Under the pieces are notes generated by a model, which was given only the letters and a program-made list of their open reading frames with translations, was not told the origin of the DNA and did not search any database. Positions 60,501 through 64,000 of a stretch of DNA of 64,000 nt are shown one piece after another. The translations under genes and the position numbers were made by a program. This DNA comes from Antedon mediterranea (lineage: Eukaryota > Animalia > Echinodermata): the NCBI RefSeq assembly GCF_964355755.1, contig NC_092670.1:3462201-3526200 (forward strand), read 5' to 3'. Numbering within the stretch: position 1 is the first letter of the stretch; each line of letters begins with the position of its first letter.

Positions 60501-63500
60501 ATCTCTATTTAAGTAACTTTAATTTCATATTATTTAAATATATACCTTCTTATTGTGTGTATGACCATTATAAAATCAATCCAAATGATGTTCAGTTTTT
60601 TGGGCTGATAATGAACCAGGAATATCATGTTGGGTAGGCCTATATGAAAATCTTTCCTATTTCCATGCATGCATTACAGCAATATGAGGAGAGGAGAGCA
60701 CTAACCATGTGCTCCTTGCCTGGTGGCCAGCACTGTTGGCCATATACACTATGAGATTAGGGGAAGCTACTTAACACAATAACAACACACTCTTTTAGAT
60801 ATCGCTTGACATACGAACTATTGCCTACATGATTATAAAATTATGTGATTGTTGACATAAAGATGTACGGTAATAAAAATAAACCACCGTGATCAAGGGA
60901 AATAGTTATTGTGTAATTAAAATGTGACACCACCGTAATTAATGGACTCTTCCATAAATGTGTTGCGCTGTGATGCTGCATGCTGCAAGAATACACACCC
61001 GCGAGTTCAGAGAGTATTACTAGGCCTGGGTAGAATATCTAATGCGTACTGTAATATTAATTAATACAGTCGAGGATGACAATTTACCTTAACTAAAAAT
61101 TCAATAAACTTGTTACCACACTGGTTAGACAGGAGTGAGTAACTAGCTAGGCCTACATTGCAGAGTAGTACACTATTTTTAATTAATTTAAGTATTAGTA
61201 GGTAATTAAATTAATTAGGGTAACATTTAGAGGTCAAATTTGCCTGTCAAAAGTGCGTCTTATACACCGAAATATACGGTAGGCCTACGTACACGTACCA
61301 ATTTAACTCGGCACCATTTTTATTCAAGTTTACACAGTGAAATTCTTTGGTTTAATGAAAAATATTTCCAGGAAAAAAATAAAAATCCCCAAAAAGATTG
61401 AACTGAACTGAACGTGATCTTGTGCGTTCCGAAAAGCCCGGCCGAAGCACGCGATTGGTCAGTCTATTTTTCTGTCATATTTATAACCATCATCTCTCAA
61501 CAATCTCTCGATCTCACGCTCAGCAGTGACTTTGACATCGGACAATCTGTATATTCAATCGATTTAAACATACTCAATAGAAGTAAAATGACCAAAAAAT
61601 CTGCTATAATTGATAATTAATTGCACGATTTTGGAAGTGGGGCTTTTGTTTTTCAAGGGGGGTTCGCTGGTAAAAGGGGGTTCGCGCAAAAGGGGGGTTC
61701 ACCCGAACCCCAAAAAACCCCCCTGGCTACGGGCCTGATGTTATATTTAGACTGGTTCCATACGAAGCAAGCTAAACACATTGGTGCAATTCCCCGTCAA
61801 TGGACTTGATTTATCACATTACCAAACACATTTTCCAATAGTTTAATATATTGTCTGATCACCATCAGATTCATGTCTTTATCAGTAGATCCTATGAATA
61901 ATGACAAGTAGGTTTGTTCAGGAAATACTCTCACACAACAATAGCAACAGCATTGTTGTTTTCTTATCTTATTTATTTTGTGACAATATACCGACATTTT
62001 ACAATGTTTACTCCAATTCAAAAGTCTATTTACAATGTTATATTTAGACTGGTTCCATACGAAGCAAGCTAAACACATTGGTGCAATTCCCCGTCAACGG
62101 ACTTGATTTATCACATTACCAAGAACGCAGACTTACGCAGGGATCACATACGAATACGTTGAACACGCTCACGAGTTGGTCACCATGGCGACATCATCGG
62201 CGGCGCTCTATGCAATACAGTGACAGCAACATATACGATCTTTACGCAGTTTGCAACCACATGGGAACAATGAGCGGTGGACATTATACCGGTATGTTTT
62301 AATCTTTTTAATTTATCTGCCCCAAATTCGTCAATTTTTTTCTGTCAGAAAATGAAGCAGCAAGAGAGTATGTAAACATGCGATCTAAAGCTCTGTCTCT
62401 TTTTATGTGACAAAAACAATGTGAGGTGCCCATATATGGACATATTTGAGTGTATCAATGTATTTTTTGTCACATAAAGTTTGATAATGTAGACAGAGTC
62501 TTAAGGACCAGACAAGAAAAACACCATAATTCATGACAAACAGAAAATTATCCAACAATTAACTAATATATTAGATCTACTATCTTTGTTGTTTTACAGC
62601 CTATTGTAAAAACCCCACGGATAACCAATGGTACAACTTTGACGACACAAAGGTCATCGCAGTACAGGAAGACAAGGTCATCACAAAATCTGCATACATT
62701 TTATTCTATCACCGCAGATGCGTATCAAATGGCAGCGTGAGCTCCGGTAGTTCCACAAGTTCGTCGACCTCCGAGCATTGGGTGTACAGGACGCCTGCAG
62801 CAAAGGCGAATGGGTACAAGCACGCAAGTTCACAAGGAAGCTCCCAGGACGAAGAGATGCTTAGCGAAGCTGGTAAAAATAATATGTAGTTAGGAGGAGA
62901 GTGAGGAGGGAATGATGATGGTATGGGTAGAGGCAGAGAATTAAAGAGATGCTTAGCGAAGCTGGTAAAAATAATATGTAGTTAGGAGGAGAGTGAGGAG
63001 GGAATGATGATGGTATGGGTAGAGGCAGAGAATTAAAGAGATGCTTAGCGAAGCTGGTAAAAATAATATGTTTTTAGGAGTTTGGAGGAGAAGGAGAGTG
63101 GGAAGGGAATGATGATAGAGAATTAGAGGTTGATTAGAGGTTGATTAGAGGTTGATTGATGGGAAAAAGCAGTTGAGAAAAATAGAAAGAAAAACAAAAC
63201 TAAAAAAAAAACATTTTTCCAAATTTCTTCCTAGTTCTTTGATACTATTTAAAATGCATTTGGAAAACCCAAGCACATTATATAAAGAGCAAAAAATATA
63301 AAGTTTGATTTGTTTTTGCAGAGTTAACTGAAAAGGATCCAAAGAAAAGAAATGCACTAGGAAGGTTACAGCGTTCGCTCAGCATGCGGCTGACATTACG
63401 GAAAACCAAAAAGAAACACATGCATGCACCGATACCAAGAATGACAGCAGAGGCAGCAACAGAAACCGAACCAATGCCTCAGACATTAGAGGCCGATGCT

Positions 63501-63539
63501 GACGGTTCCAGTGTGAATCCGCCAGAATCAAGTGTTTAG
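45597..63539 (+). CDS. USP31: Ubiquitin carboxyl-terminal hydrolase USP31/USP43-like, ~975 aa, 11 coding exons
   Basis: Exons: 45597-46670, 51263-51595, 53646-53884, 54406-54517, 57350-57447, 58001-58081, 58220-58349, 58806-58931, 62048-62291, 62600-62872, 63322-63539 (2928 nt in frame). Cys box [21 protein letters not shown]; [20 protein letters not shown]; [28 protein letters not shown]; [14 protein letters not shown]; His box [22 protein letters not shown]; WYNFDD. Confidence 0.93.
46754..47475. mobile_element. Non-autonomous PIF/Harbinger-like element in USP31 intron 1
   Basis: Imperfect TIR GGGGCCTGTTCGTAGGGGTTGAAAATA / TATTTTAACCACCGTACGAACACGACC with TTA on both flanks; GC-rich interior. 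Confidence 0.7.
47990..48618. mobile_element. TA-flanked MITE (Tc1/mariner-like) with amplified GGGTTACTATTAGA subterminal repeats
   Basis: TA-CAGTAAATCT..GTAACCC at the left end and GGGTTACTATTAGAAGATTTGCGG-TA at the right; more than 12 copies of the GGGTTA(C/T)TATTA motif. Confidence 0.6.
48725..49888. repeat. Minisatellite, 40-bp unit x ~29
   Basis: Unit CTTTGGGAAAACCCTATG(G/T)GAAGCAAGGATTAA(T/A)GGAACA with no spacers. Confidence 0.97.
51043..51196. mobile_element. MITE family A copy
   Basis: AGCTTTGTCTACACTATC...AGTGTAGACAACGCT with the family core. Confidence 0.78.
52172..52818. repeat. Minisatellite, 44-45-bp unit x ~14
   Basis: Unit ACAGGGCACCCCTTAAGTGTCCCCTTAATAGACAGACTGCTTTTY, with a CCAACCCC variant at both ends. 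Confidence 0.97.
54559..54860. repeat. Minisatellite, 33-bp unit x ~9
   Basis: Unit TTTATAGTACGCCATCAACCATTTGAGTGAAAG. Confidence 0.93.
54936..55245. repeat. Tandem duplication, 2 x ~155 bp, including the end of a family B MITE
   Basis: AATCACAAGCGTTGGATTATTC...GGAGTGTCACCCT occurs twice back to back. Confidence 0.9.
57471..57797. repeat. Minisatellite, ~62-bp unit x ~5
   Basis: Unit GTATGTGGAGAGGACTGTG(G/T)CTAGGCCTGACAAGTACTGTACTGTACCGGTATGAACTTGTA. Confidence 0.92.
59240..59547 (-). mobile_element. tRNA-derived SINE with a Deu/Nin-like central domain
   Basis: Minus strand: A box TAGCTGAGCGG; B box GGTTCGAGGC; central TCTCGGATAAGGACTATAAACCGTAGG...GCACTTTTAAAGAACC...TTCGAAA...CCCCGGTGT resembling the Deu/Nin domain; A-rich tail near 59240-59252. 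Confidence 0.75.
59816..61737. mobile_element. Non-autonomous DNA transposon with CAGG termini and 5-bp TSD (hAT5-like)
   Basis: Perfect 15-bp TIR CAGGCCCGTAGCCAG / CTGGCTACGGGCCTG. TSD ATGTT (59811-59815 and 61738-61742) is confirmed by the empty paralogous site at 62035-62039. Confidence 0.9.
60172..61279. mobile_element. Nested non-autonomous Tc1/mariner (pogo/Tigger-like) element
   Basis: TIR CCGTATATTTCGGTGTA.AAG.CGCAC / GTGCGTCTTATACACCGAAATATACGG with TA on both flanks; subterminal TAAGACGCAC repeats. Confidence 0.88.
61751..61825 (+). pseudogene. Duplicated partial USP31 exon 9 (decoy acceptor plus 75 coding nt)
   Basis: Copy of 62048-62122 ([25 protein letters not shown]) preceded by TATATTTAG; runs into a TAA at 61844-61846; part of a 297-bp tandem duplication. 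Confidence 0.88.
62389..62501. mobile_element. MITE family A copy (degraded)
   Basis: AGCTCTGTCT...TTTGTCACATAAAGTTTGATAATGTAGACAGAG. Confidence 0.72.
62852..63075 (+). repeat. 92-bp tandem repeat x ~2.5 spanning the USP31 exon 10 donor site
   Basis: AAGAGATGCTTAGCGAAGCTG|GTAAAAATAATATG recurs near 62852, 62944 and 63036. Confidence 0.92.
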
Positions 63540-64000
63540 GTTTGAAAGTTTTATTGATCTTTAAAAAGGAATATTCTATTAATAGATTATATAGTTATAA
63601 AGTTTATTTTATCTTTCATCACACTTCAGCTGACAAAAGATAGAATTTGAATTCTTCTTAAGTATGTTATGGATTTATCTATACAAAGAAACAATATTAC
63701 AAATGCCTAATTGAGTATAGGATTTAATTAGTGTGTATCGTGACTTTTCTGCTATGTAAGAATGCCTACTCTTTGAAAGCCATATTTTGAACCTAGCTTG
63801 GTAGGATATGAGATTTCATATTACTATATTACTGTACAATAAATAGAGATCTGCATAGATTGATTAGAAATGATTTCTCAAAAGTAGTTTAGTTTCAAAT
63901 GCTGTTTTTTAGGAATAGATTTTATAAAATTTTAAATCTGTTTTAGATCAATGGGACTCAATGTAAACAGATCAAATTATTGTCATTTTAAAAAGCATAC

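Overview
AT-rich, intron-containing invertebrate metazoan genomic DNA; the exact taxon cannot be determined from sequence alone. I assembled seven compact multi-exon genes by hand from splice sites, and each gives an unbroken reading frame: FAM227-like (-, 13 exons), MXRA7-like (-), TRMT1 (+), RPL10 (-), SNX29 (+), an orphan 198-aa His/Pro-rich protein (+) and a USP31/USP43-like deubiquitinase (+). Introns and intergenic DNA hold many non-autonomous transposons (Harbinger-like, hAT-like, Tc1/mariner-like, Ginger-like, a Helentron-type HINE), CR1/L2 3' fragments, two SINEs and about ten tandem arrays. Most notable: an AT-AC minor-spliceosome intron plus a second U12-like donor in FAM227; a 5S rRNA+tRNA+CORE-like chimeric SINE split by a TTGCGCAA-array MITE; a duplicated decoy acceptor/partial exon in USP31 with a nested transposon just upstream; tandem duplications that copy stop codons and splice donors; and the His/Pro orphan gene. 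No CRISPR array or prokaryotic system is present. Most ORF-track entries are exon fragments, antisense shadows or repeat read-throughs. Family names come from remembered motifs, not database searches.
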